A stretch of 50,150 nt of DNA from Candidatus Nomurabacteria bacterium (GTDB taxonomy: Bacteria > Patescibacteriota > Minisyncoccia > Phycocordibacterales > UBA9973), in the NCBI GenBank assembly GCA_020846455.1, contig JADLDV010000031.1, positions 1 to 50,150 of the forward strand. The letters run 5' to 3'. Of the stretch, positions 27,858 to 36,049 are shown one piece after another. Made by a program: the position numbers and the translations under genes. The notes under the pieces were generated by a model, which ran no database searches, was not told the origin of the DNA, and saw only the letters and a list, made by a program, of their open reading frames with translations. Position 1 is the stretch's first letter; every line of letters starts with the position of its first letter.

Positions 27858-29133
27858 AATGTTTAATCTTTGCTTTCTTGCCTGTAAGCATTTCCCAACG
27901 ACGAATTATGAGATCACAAAAGCGTGGTTCGAGTTCGCATCCATAGACTCGTCGTCCGAGTTGTTCAGCGGCAATGAGTGTACTCCCTGACCCAAGGAAA
28001 GAATCCAAAATGATATCATTCAGATGTGTACATCGTTTGATCGGTCGCTCATGCAGTTGTACTGGTTTTTGAGTTGCATGTGAATAATCTTTTCCAGCCA
28101 CACGCTTTGCTGTCCAAATTTCAATAAAGGTATCGACCTGCTGTATAAGTTCGTTACCAGTTCCGAATTCTGGATTAAGAATTTCAGTGAGATTTGTTAT
28201 TGATTCCGCAAGATGTGGACGGTTGCGCGTGCCATATACTGCTGGTTCGTACGCCTTATTACAATATGACTGAGGTACAGGAGATTGTGAGTTTTTCAGC
28301 CATAGCGCTACACGCTTGTTTTCAATACCAAGTTCCCGATACAAATCTTGTACCACTCCTATATAAATCTGATCACAGTAATAGAACACATGCAGATCAT
28401 CTTTCGATACAGCAAGTGCCGCTGACATACTGTCTCGTAAAAACTGTTTGTATTCGTCGAAGGTGCGCGTGTCGTTCACTTTCGCACCATAACTTTTCTT
28501 GTTCTTATTGCCACTCAAACCGGTATCGTAGTTGTATGAGATATTGTAAACAGGATCGGAATAGACCATAGCAGCAGCTTCATTTCCAAACAGACGTTTG
28601 AGGTTGTCGAGTTTCGTACTATCACCACAGAGAATTTTGTGATCACCAAGCGTTATTAAATCACCGAGTTTTATTGTTGGCTCCTTAATTTTCTTCAGTT
28701 CAGCATCGACATTGAAATTGTCATCTTCGACCTTCTTTTCTTTTTCATCACAAATTTTTGCAAGCGTGATTTTATCAAACCCAGCAAATTCGATCGTGCC
28801 GAAATCGAATGATTTCAATTTCTCAAAGTCCCATTCGCCATCGTTAATATTGCTCTCAAGTGCAATCTTCTGTCGCTCATCCTCTGTAAGTACCCTGTTA
28901 GGGTAGAGGACAGTCACTTCTTGTATGCCAAGCCGTATCAATGCTTCTTTTCGTTGGTTTCCTGAAAGTATTGTATTGTTAGTATCGACAACGATAACAC
29001 TGTGAAAACCGTGCTTCTCGATTCGCTCGACGAGCCGATTAAACGCTTCCTTGTTAATTTTACGTGGATTCTCCTTCCACAACGTAAGAGTGTCTACTTT
29101 CCGTACTTCTGTACACCATTGTAATTTTTTCAT
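27832..29133 (-). CDS. ParB-like nuclease domain fused to N4/N6 DNA methyltransferase
   Basis: 'ENPRKI...LSGNQR' ParB N-domain; 'SDPVYN' (DPPY-type motif IV); 'ILDSFLGSGSTLIAAEQLGRR' motif I; start trimmed to the ATG at 29133. Confidence 0.85.
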   Translation of the reverse strand: MKKLQWCTEVRKVDTLTLWKENPRKINKEAFNRLVERIEKHGFHSVIVVDTNNTILSGNQRKEALIRLGIQEVTVLYPNRVLTEDERQKIALESNINDGEWDFEKLKSFDFGTIEFAGFDKITLAKICDEKEKKVEDDNFNVDAELKKIKEPTIKLGDLITLGDHKILCGDSTKLDNLKRLFGNEAAAMVYSDPVYNISYNYDTGLSGNKNKKSYGAKVNDTRTFDEYKQFLRDSMSAALAVSKDDLHVFYYCDQIYIGVVQDLYRELGIENKRVALWLKNSQSPVPQSYCNKAYEPAVYGTRNRPHLAESITNLTEILNPEFGTGNELIQQVDTFIEIWTAKRVAGKDYSHATQKPVQLHERPIKRCTHLNDIILDSFLGSGSTLIAAEQLGRRVYGCELEPRFCDLIIRRWEMLTGKKAKIKHYEENSSHN

Positions 29134-29172
29134 AATGTTTAAAAAAATTAGTAGTAATGAGTACAAACAAAA

Positions 29173-29198
29173 ACACCAACCTGTAAAAGAGTTGGTGT
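29173..29198. terminator. terminator-like hairpin in the leader of the ParB-methylase gene
   Basis: acaccaac/gttggtgt stem with T-runs on both strands, 40 nt upstream of the ATG. Confidence 0.35.
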
Positions 29199-29590
29199 TT
29201 TTGCATTGTTGAGGAATTCGACAGGCGCAATAACAACAACCTTTTAAAAAGTTGTAATTATTGCTTCCGTCAAAAAATAGAATTCTACTTTCTTGCGATT
29301 GATTACACAAGATATAGACGTATTATTGGCTTTTGACTTATGTCGGAATAAATTCCGAAGGCATCCCCTCCGTGTGGGGCTAATAAAAGCAGGTTATATG
29401 ATTTTCGAATGTACAAGGATAATTATAGCTGAAAGAAGTGAACAAGGGAAATAGTAATCCACAGATCCCGATACTATATTATAAAAAATGTACAGATATC
29501 CTTTTAATGCAAAAATATTGTAAATAATTTGCATTTTTATTTTATATTTTATATAATAGACTTACATTATTATAATAATGTGTAAAATAT

Positions 29591-30847
29591 ATGCAAATAT
29601 CACTTATTGAATTTTCATTAGAAAACTTTAAAGCCTTTAAAAATAAAGCTACTTTCTCTATGGTTGCTCGGAAGAATGAAAAATACACCTTTGAAATCAA
29701 TGATGAGAATCTTCTTAAAACGTCTTTGATTTATGGACCAAATGCTTCTGGTAAAACCTCGATTCTTGAGGCTTTTGATCATATGAAGAAATTTATTCTC
29801 TTATCAGCAAATATTCCTGAAAATCAAGAAAAGAAGAATTTGCCACATTTTCCATTCCTTGCTTCTGAAAGCTCAAAAAACAATCCAACTTCATTTGAGG
29901 TTATTTTCGCTTTATTGGGTGATCATAATGGTATTTACAAATATAGTTTTGGTGTACTCCAAGATCATATAGTATCAGAAAAATTGATTGAAATTTCTTC
30001 CACTGGAAAAGAAACGGAGTACTTATCACGCAGTGAGCAGAAGATTACTGTTGATCATAATTTTAAAGACATGAAAAGTCTTCTAGGTAAGATCAGGAGA
30101 GAGTCTCTATTCCTCTCTACTTCTGCTCAGCTTAACAATTCTTTTGCTCTTAGTCTGATAAATGCCTTTAACAGCATAATCACTGTATCTGGAATTTTCA
30201 CTAATGCTCAGCAATTTACTGCAAAAAAATTCAAAACCGATTCTGAGTATAAAGAAAAAATACTGTCTATGCTTAAAACTGCAGACTTTTGCATTACTGG
30301 TGGTGGCACTGAAGAAGTAGAATTCCAAGGATTTGGAATTAAAAATGATTCCGGAAAGGTTTCATTTGAACAAACTAAAGGTAAAGACGATATGTTGTTT
30401 TTTGAGCATCCAGTATTCGATTCAAATAATAACAAGACAGATACCTTTAAACTTAAATTATTTCAAGAATCAATAGGTACACAGAAGTTTCTTTCTATTC
30501 TTGGTCCAGTTATTGATGCATTGGAAAATGGCAAGGTTATTCTTGTAGATGAATTCGATAACAGTCTTCATCCTTTACTTACGAAGTTCATTGTAGATCT
30601 GTTTAGCTCAGAACAGATGAATGAAAAAAATGCTCAATTCATAGCCACCACACATGATACAAGCCTGCTTTCCTATAGAGATGACTTTCTTAGAGATCAA
30701 TTTTGGTTTACCGAAAAAGACGAGCAAGGTTCTGCAAAACTATTCTCTCTTGCAGAGTTTAGTATGCGAAATGATACAGAATATTCGAGAAAATATCTCG
30801 AAGGTCGTTTTGGGGCACTTCCTTTTATTGGTTCTATAAAAAAGTAA
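29591..30847 (+). CDS. AAA15/AAA21-type ABC-like ATPase (AbiLi/RloA-like)
   Basis: Walker A 'GPNASGKTS', Walker B 'ILVDEFDNSLHP', 'ATTHD', C-terminal 'LEGRFGALPFI'. Confidence 0.85.
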   Translation: MQISLIEFSLENFKAFKNKATFSMVARKNEKYTFEINDENLLKTSLIYGPNASGKTSILEAFDHMKKFILLSANIPENQEKKNLPHFPFLASESSKNNPTSFEVIFALLGDHNGIYKYSFGVLQDHIVSEKLIEISSTGKETEYLSRSEQKITVDHNFKDMKSLLGKIRRESLFLSTSAQLNNSFALSLINAFNSIITVSGIFTNAQQFTAKKFKTDSEYKEKILSMLKTADFCITGGGTEEVEFQGFGIKNDSGKVSFEQTKGKDDMLFFEHPVFDSNNNKTDTFKLKLFQESIGTQKFLSILGPVIDALENGKVILVDEFDNSLHPLLTKFIVDLFSSEQMNEKNAQFIATTHDTSLLSYRDDFLRDQFWFTEKDEQGSAKLFSLAEFSMRNDTEYSRKYLEGRFGALPFIGSIKK

Positions 30848-30851
30848 TGCT

Positions 30852-31454
30852 ATGTCTTCGCGCTTTTCAAGAAAACAAAATATTCAAGAACCGCGAAGAG
30901 TCATTCGTGTTTTTACAGAAGGCACAAAAACGGAACCAAATTATTTTAACTCGATTAGAAACGAGCTTCGTCTTAACGAAATTGAAATAAAGGTTGATGG
31001 ACTCAAGCGATCTACCACTTCGCTTGTTGAATGGGTTATTGAAAGAAAAAACGAACTATCTCGAACTGATGAAGATACTGAATGGTGGGTAGTATTTGAT
31101 AGAGATGATCATACTGGCTTTAATCAAGCAATACAAAAAGCCGAGGTTGAGGGAATCAATGTTGCTTATTCGAATGAGTGCTTCGAACTATGGTTTATTC
31201 TTCATTTTGAGTTTCTCAACACTGCGATCGGAAGAACCAAATACTATGAGAAACTTACAGAACTTCTTTCTCAAAAATACGATAAAAGCACTTCAGATAT
31301 CTACGACCTTATAAAGGATAGAGAATCGATCGCAATCAGGAATGCAAAAAATTTGGAAAAAATGCATTCTGATGCAGGCATAGCCTCTTGTGAAAAAATG
31401 GATCCCTCTACTTCAGTTTATAAACTTGTTGAAAGATTTAGGTCTCTTAGTTAA
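30852..31454 (+). CDS. RloB-like (Toprim-like) protein (AbiLii-like)
   Basis: 'IRVFTEGTKTEPNYF', 'VVFDRDDH', 'AYSNECFELWFILHF' RloB motifs. Confidence 0.85.
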   Translation: MSSRFSRKQNIQEPRRVIRVFTEGTKTEPNYFNSIRNELRLNEIEIKVDGLKRSTTSLVEWVIERKNELSRTDEDTEWWVVFDRDDHTGFNQAIQKAEVEGINVAYSNECFELWFILHFEFLNTAIGRTKYYEKLTELLSQKYDKSTSDIYDLIKDRESIAIRNAKNLEKMHSDAGIASCEKMDPSTSVYKLVERFRSLS

Positions 31455-31478
31455 TTTAATCAATCTAATTTACAAATT

Positions 31479-31709
31479 ATGTATAAGAAAAATATCCATA
31501 CAGTATTCAATTCAGATCGTCATATGTGGGAAAACAAAGCAGAAAAATCTTCTTCTCCGCTTTCATTACATCATACAAAAGCTAATACTCTTGATCGAGC
31601 AGAGCATATTGCAGAACAAGCAAAGGTTGAACATTTTATTCACGGTAAAGATGGAAAGATTCAAGAACGTAATAGTTACGGTAATGATCCTTTTCCTCCA
31701 CGAGGGTAA
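31479..31709 (+). CDS. DUF2188-like small protein
   Basis: 76 aa; '...A...AEQAKVEHFIHGKDGKIQERNSYGNDPFPP' matches the DUF2188 C-terminal pattern. Confidence 0.55.
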   Translation: MYKKNIHTVFNSDRHMWENKAEKSSSPLSLHHTKANTLDRAEHIAEQAKVEHFIHGKDGKIQERNSYGNDPFPPRG

Positions 31710-31712
31710 TTT

Positions 31713-32588
31713 ATGTCACACTTATTACAATCTACTGATACGCAGAAATATACAAAAAGTATTTCTGATACTAAGCACACTCAAGTAGCAAATCTACAAA
31801 ATCACATACAAGAAATCTTGTCTGGGTCTCACCATACTTTTTTACAAGGTTCTTATAAAAACACTACGTCAATATCAGAAATAAATGATATTGATATTGT
31901 TGCTGTAAAGATTAATACTTTTAGTACTGTTCATTCACCTGTTAGACTTGTAAATCCAACACCTTTTCCGTGGTCAGATATTTTTTCTGAAATTGAACAA
32001 AAGTTGAGAAATCAAAAACTTTACTCTTGGACTATTACAAGGAAAGACAAGTGTATAACTGTTGAAACAACGAACTTCAAAGCTGACATTGTTCCTGCTG
32101 TACAGATTCATGAAGATATCTTTAATGATCCTATTGCTATCTTTTCTCATAAAGCTGGAATTGAGCGTCTGTCTTACCCCAATACGCATTGGGAGAATGG
32201 AAAGAAGAAACATGCCAATACTAATCAGAATTATAAGCCTATGGTTAGAATGTTCAAAAACTGGAATAAAAATTATTTTCCAACAAATGAAGTCATCTCT
32301 TCACACAAAATTGAATCATTAGTATACAATTGTCCTGATGCTGATTTTATGGAAGATCATTTTATATCCTTTATACTAATTGGATCTCGTATTATTGAAA
32401 TACTTGGCTTACCAGATCCAGTTTTAAGTGTTTGTAAAAATGAAGATATTAAGACAAACTGGGATATTACTAAGCGACAAGTTTTTACAAATGGTCTTGA
32501 AGAAGCGCTACAACATGCATTGACTGCACATGGAGCAACAAACACCCTTGATGCAAAAACTCATTGGGATAAAACTTTTAAAGCCTAA
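31713..32588 (+). CDS. SMODS/CD-NTase-like Pol-beta-fold nucleotidyltransferase
   Basis: 'GSYKNTTSISEINDIDIV' (GS...DxD) plus a third acidic residue in 'KADIVPAV'; 'KPMVRMFKNW' helix as in CD-NTases. Confidence 0.6.
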   Translation: MSHLLQSTDTQKYTKSISDTKHTQVANLQNHIQEILSGSHHTFLQGSYKNTTSISEINDIDIVAVKINTFSTVHSPVRLVNPTPFPWSDIFSEIEQKLRNQKLYSWTITRKDKCITVETTNFKADIVPAVQIHEDIFNDPIAIFSHKAGIERLSYPNTHWENGKKKHANTNQNYKPMVRMFKNWNKNYFPTNEVISSHKIESLVYNCPDADFMEDHFISFILIGSRIIEILGLPDPVLSVCKNEDIKTNWDITKRQVFTNGLEEALQHALTAHGATNTLDAKTHWDKTFKA

Positions 32589-32590
32589 AT

Positions 32591-33058
32591 ATGAAAAATA
32601 TTATTGAGGATAAAAAAATAGATATACTTATTTCTGCTCTAGAAGAAAGATATCAAGCAATGCATAATATTCGTGATCGTGTTCAAAACACAGGCATTTG
32701 GATTCTCGGTATTCTAGGTAGTATTGGAGGATGGATTATCCAAAGTGATATTTCCTTTAGTTGTATCGAAAAGAAATTCTATATATTAACCTTGTTCATT
32801 ACTTTTATAGTAATTCGTTTTGAGTATTTAAAAGATTTAAACAAAGGATTTAAGGGTCAACAAAGAACTACCGCAAAAATTGAAAAGAGTTTAGGTTTCT
32901 TTACGCCTAAATTCTTTTCTGACGAAGGAGATTCGATGTATCCAAAATCTTGGGAACATGCGGGTACCGAAAAAGGAGATGGTGCTTTTTTCAGAACAAC
33001 ATATCTACTTATTTATATAGGTTTTCTTTTTGTTACTTTAGCGATATTAATGAATTAA
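32591..33058 (+). CDS. small 3-TM membrane protein (candidate effector)
   Basis: 155 aa; hydrophobic helices near residues 35-52, 63-83 and 134-153; start 2 nt after the NTase stop. Confidence 0.55.
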   Translation: MKNIIEDKKIDILISALEERYQAMHNIRDRVQNTGIWILGILGSIGGWIIQSDISFSCIEKKFYILTLFITFIVIRFEYLKDLNKGFKGQQRTTAKIEKSLGFFTPKFFSDEGDSMYPKSWEHAGTEKGDGAFFRTTYLLIYIGFLFVTLAILMN

Positions 33059-33179
33059 TTTTTGACGTATATACTAACATCCAAATGATATAAAGTTATG
33101 TTATATCTGACCTTAACTTTATATTTTCTTTCCGTATCACTTTTGCCTATCTACAAACTATCCTCAGCAATTGGTATAT

Positions 33180-34520
33180 TCGTGCCAAGCACAAAGTCGC
33201 GGATTACACCGCGACTTTTGCCGAGTACTGACCTTAGGCATGCATGCGCTCGGGCTTGTTAGTTAGATGGTTATAATTTCTTTAGAACTGAACGCGGTCT
33301 GGGAACATGATACTAAGTTGTGCCATAACTTCTCCCTAGTTACGAACGGTGAACTGCCAATTCTGAGTTATATCTGCCTGTGCGAGCCAGAGCAACTTCA
33401 TAAGAGCATCATCATGCGGAAAAATTTGGGTCGTCTTGGTAACCTTGCGAAACTGACGATTCAGATTCTCGATAGCGTTCGTCGTGTAGACGGTTTTTCG
33501 GACTGCTTGCGGATAGCTGAAGAACGGCGCGAGATCTGCCCATCGGGTTTCCCAACTTTTCAAGTACGGTTGGTACATCGGCCAGTGTTCCTGCATCGTC
33601 TTGAGTGCATCCAATCCTGCTTCTTCTGATGGTGCGGTGTAGATTGTTTTGAGTTCATCACAAAACTTATCCTTGTCTTTGGATGCGATGAACATGACCG
33701 TGTGTCTGATCTGATGAACCACGCACACCTGAACATCGGTATGGGGATACATTGCTTTGATGGCTTCGGGAAAACCTTTCAGTCCATCTACGCACGCGAT
33801 GAGAATATCATCCACACCGCGATTCTTTAGATCATTCAGGACATGCATCCAGAACTTTGCTCCCTCGGTTTCAGAAACCCAGATGCCGAGAACCTCTTTC
33901 TGCCCGTACTGGTTTATACCAAGCGCGATGTATGCAACCTTGGATGCAATCTTGCCCGCCTCGCGCACCTTGAAGTGCATGCCGTCGAGATACATGATCG
34001 GATATGATGACGAGAGCGCACGTGACTGCCATTCTTTCACCAACGGAAATACCTTGTCGGTGATTGTCGATACGTTCGGTTGCGACATATCGATGTTATG
34101 ACTTCGTTTGAGATAGTTTACAATGTCTCGAGTAGTTAAACCTTTGGCATAGAGATCAATGACCATAGCTTCGGTTTCGTTTCCTGCGACATCGTGCCAA
34201 GGGCTGACTGATTCCAACTGATACGGATTTCTGCGGTTGTACTTCTTAACAGGTGCAACCGCTTTCGGTTCTTCGGGAACAAACGGTTCCTCGACATCCT
34301 CTTCAACCGTTTCAGCTGGCGCATTCTTGAGATTGCCAATCATAGGGGCAATAAGCTCCTGCGCGAATGCGGCAATCTCTTCGGGAGTCTTGAGCTCCTT
34401 CATTCTCTTTTGATAATCGGCGTACGAAATTGTGTTTTTCATTTTTGTTATGTGCCGATACGCATGCAAAAAAACCACGGCCTGGTACCCATAGCAAATT
34501 TATATTTTTAAGTGCCGTTT
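33180..34520 (-). mobile_element. IS256-family insertion sequence (ends approximate)
   Basis: abrupt rise in GC around a mutator-type transposase gene; terminal inverted repeats not resolved by eye. Confidence 0.55.
33336..34442 (-). CDS. IS256-family (mutator-type) transposase
   Basis: 'YPIMYLDGMHFKVRE', 'ACVDGLKGFPEAI', 'QVCVVHQIR', 'TTNAIENLNRQFRK'; start at the ATG at 34442. Confidence 0.9.
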   Translation of the reverse strand: MKNTISYADYQKRMKELKTPEEIAAFAQELIAPMIGNLKNAPAETVEEDVEEPFVPEEPKAVAPVKKYNRRNPYQLESVSPWHDVAGNETEAMVIDLYAKGLTTRDIVNYLKRSHNIDMSQPNVSTITDKVFPLVKEWQSRALSSSYPIMYLDGMHFKVREAGKIASKVAYIALGINQYGQKEVLGIWVSETEGAKFWMHVLNDLKNRGVDDILIACVDGLKGFPEAIKAMYPHTDVQVCVVHQIRHTVMFIASKDKDKFCDELKTIYTAPSEEAGLDALKTMQEHWPMYQPYLKSWETRWADLAPFFSYPQAVRKTVYTTNAIENLNRQFRKVTKTTQIFPHDDALMKLLWLAQADITQNWQFTVRN

Positions 34521-34627
34521 TTCAAGAATCATAATCGTTACAGACAGCTGTAATGATTATGTCTATCCTGTGTCACTTTTGTCACTTTTTCTCCGCTTTA
34601 AATACAAATTTTTGATATAATTTACTT

Positions 34628-34858
34628 ATGAATAAAAAGACTGAGATTGTCCGTGGTTATACAATCAAGTTCCATGCCAATGGCAAGACTAAATGGTCTA
34701 AGGGCAAGATCAAGGACGGCAAGCCTGATGGTTATTGGGAATGGTACAGAATCAATGGAACACTAAAGCGATCAGGTCATTTCAAGAAAGGTGAGGTTGT
34801 TGGAACTTGGACAACCTATGATTCAAATGGGAAGGTATACAAGGTTACTGAGAAATAG
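34628..34858 (+). CDS. MORN-repeat (YwqK-like) protein
   Basis: 'GKPDGYWEWYRINGTLKRSGHFKKGEVVGTWTTYDSNGK' MORN-variant repeats. Confidence 0.65.
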   Translation: MNKKTEIVRGYTIKFHANGKTKWSKGKIKDGKPDGYWEWYRINGTLKRSGHFKKGEVVGTWTTYDSNGKVYKVTEK

Positions 34859-34874
34859 ACTGTTTTTGCCTACG

Positions 34875-34884
34875 CACGAGGAGC
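34875..34884 (+). repeat. direct repeat CACGAGGAGC (right copy)
   Basis: exact copy of 21037-21046. Confidence 0.5.
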
Positions 34885-34958
34885 ATTGGTATGATATAGT
34901 AAAAGTATTAAAAATAACCTTATCGGGTAAAGAATAAAAAAGTTCTATCACGATGAGT

Positions 34959-35008
34959 ATCACAATATACAAAAAGCACTCGTTTGAGTGCTTTTTGTAT
35001 ATTGTGAT
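34959..35008. terminator. unusually long perfect hairpin (23-bp stem) between convergent genes
   Basis: atcacaatatacaaaaagcactc-gttt-gagtgctttttgtatattgtgat. Confidence 0.6.
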
Positions 35009-35329
35009 CTATCTCCCATGAGTAAGATCACTAACCTCTTGTATAATTTCCCTAAATCTCACTTCGTCAAATTCTCCATTTTTAAATTCCTCAATGAGTA
35101 AATTATATCTATCACACATACCTGGAAATTCACGCTCAATTTCTTCGTACGTTTTTTCTGTATACATTTCAAGTGTGTTAAAATCGTATTCAGACAAACG
35201 TATTTTTGCTTCTTCTGCACTAAAAAACTGAAATTGACTGACTTGATTATTTGCATCTACTATCAAGTTTTTAATAGAATCATTGTTTTCTGGTCCTTTT
35301 TCCATATGAGTTATTCCCCTTTCGCCCAA
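35009..35329 (-). CDS. hypothetical acidic protein
   Basis: ORF only. Confidence 0.4.
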   Translation of the reverse strand: MGERGITHMEKGPENNDSIKNLIVDANNQVSQFQFFSAEEAKIRLSEYDFNTLEMYTEKTYEEIEREFPGMCDRYNLLIEEFKNGEFDEVRFREIIQEVSDLTHGR

Positions 35330-35571
35330 TCAGTAAGTTCTTCTTTTGTTACTTCACCACAAAGCCATTTATCATTATCGGTATTGTAGAAAAATGGCAC
35401 ACCGCCACACAACTCCTTGTCACACTCAAGCATTCGAGCTTCATTTTCTTTGTTGTGCCACACTTCGACACGTTCAATGACGACGTTATGTTCTTTTTCT
35501 ATTTCATCAGTAAGTACTCGCATACGCTGACAGTGCGGACATTCTTCTCCATAAAATTCAAGTAGTGCCAT
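35311..35571 (-). CDS. thioredoxin/glutaredoxin-like small protein
   Basis: 'FYGEECPHCQRM' CxxC and 'GGVPFF'. Confidence 0.75.
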   Translation of the reverse strand: MALLEFYGEECPHCQRMRVLTDEIEKEHNVVIERVEVWHNKENEARMLECDKELCGGVPFFYNTDNDKWLCGEVTKEELTDWAKGE

Positions 35572-35610
35572 AAATATTATTTGAAATTAGTTATATATCG
35601 AAAGTATAAC

Positions 35611-35640
35611 AAAAAACACTCGCATGATGCGAGTGTTTTT
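35611..35640 (-). terminator. intrinsic terminator after rpsT
   Basis: acactcgca-tga-tgcgagtgt between an A-run and a T-run. Confidence 0.65.
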
Positions 35641-35644
35641 ACTA

Positions 35645-35896
35645 TTATTTTGATGCGCGAGAGAGACGAGCTTTCTTGCGAGATGCAGTGTTTTTCTTGA
35701 TAACACCTGTTTTTGCGGCTTTATCAATAGCACTGTATGCTTTTGCAAGAGACTTCTTTGCACTAGCTTTGTCTATCTTTGCGAGCTTTTCTACTTCTTT
35801 GATTGTTTCTTTGAGAGCTTTTTTGCGACGATCGTTGACGAGTTTCTTTTTCTCAGACCCACGAAGTGCTTTTTTTGCTGATTGTGTAATTGGCAT
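35645..35896 (-). CDS. rpsT: 30S ribosomal protein S20
   Basis: 'MPITQSAKKALR..EKK...N...K..LKT.IK' S20 pattern, 83 aa. Confidence 0.95.
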   Translation of the reverse strand: MPITQSAKKALRGSEKKKLVNDRRKKALKETIKEVEKLAKIDKASAKKSLAKAYSAIDKAAKTGVIKKNTASRKKARLSRASK

Positions 35897-36049
35897 GTCT
35901 AAATTTGAATGTGATTATTTGTTGCACAAACCCTATGCCCGAGACACAAACATAAGACTTGAATACGTACACTATACTACAGATATATCTTTTATGCAAT
36001 AAAGAAGCGGTTTTCAAAAGGTGTCGTATTTCATGATATACTTGAAGGA

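Larger units (their letters stand above)
21024..34884. mobile_element. putative integrated element / genomic island A (tRNA-Arg-adjacent)
   Basis: starts right after the tRNA; holds recombinase, phage-like, defence and IS genes; patchy GC; bracketed by the 10-bp direct repeat CACGAGGAGC. Confidence 0.45.

Noticed and set aside
29134-29310. N-terminal 59-aa extension of the ParB-methylase ORF (Cys-rich 'GCCYCACR...')
   Set aside because: It starts in the AT-rich divergent intergenic region and runs through a terminator-like hairpin. The ParB domain begins right after the internal ATG at 29133.
33238-34470. Terminal inverted repeats of the IS256-like element (gcatgcgctcgg at about 33243 versus gcatgcgtatcgg, reverse complement, at about 34453)
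   Set aside because: The match is short and imperfect, and it would place the right end only about 10 nt from the transposase ATG. The ends cannot be fixed by eye, so the element limits are approximate.
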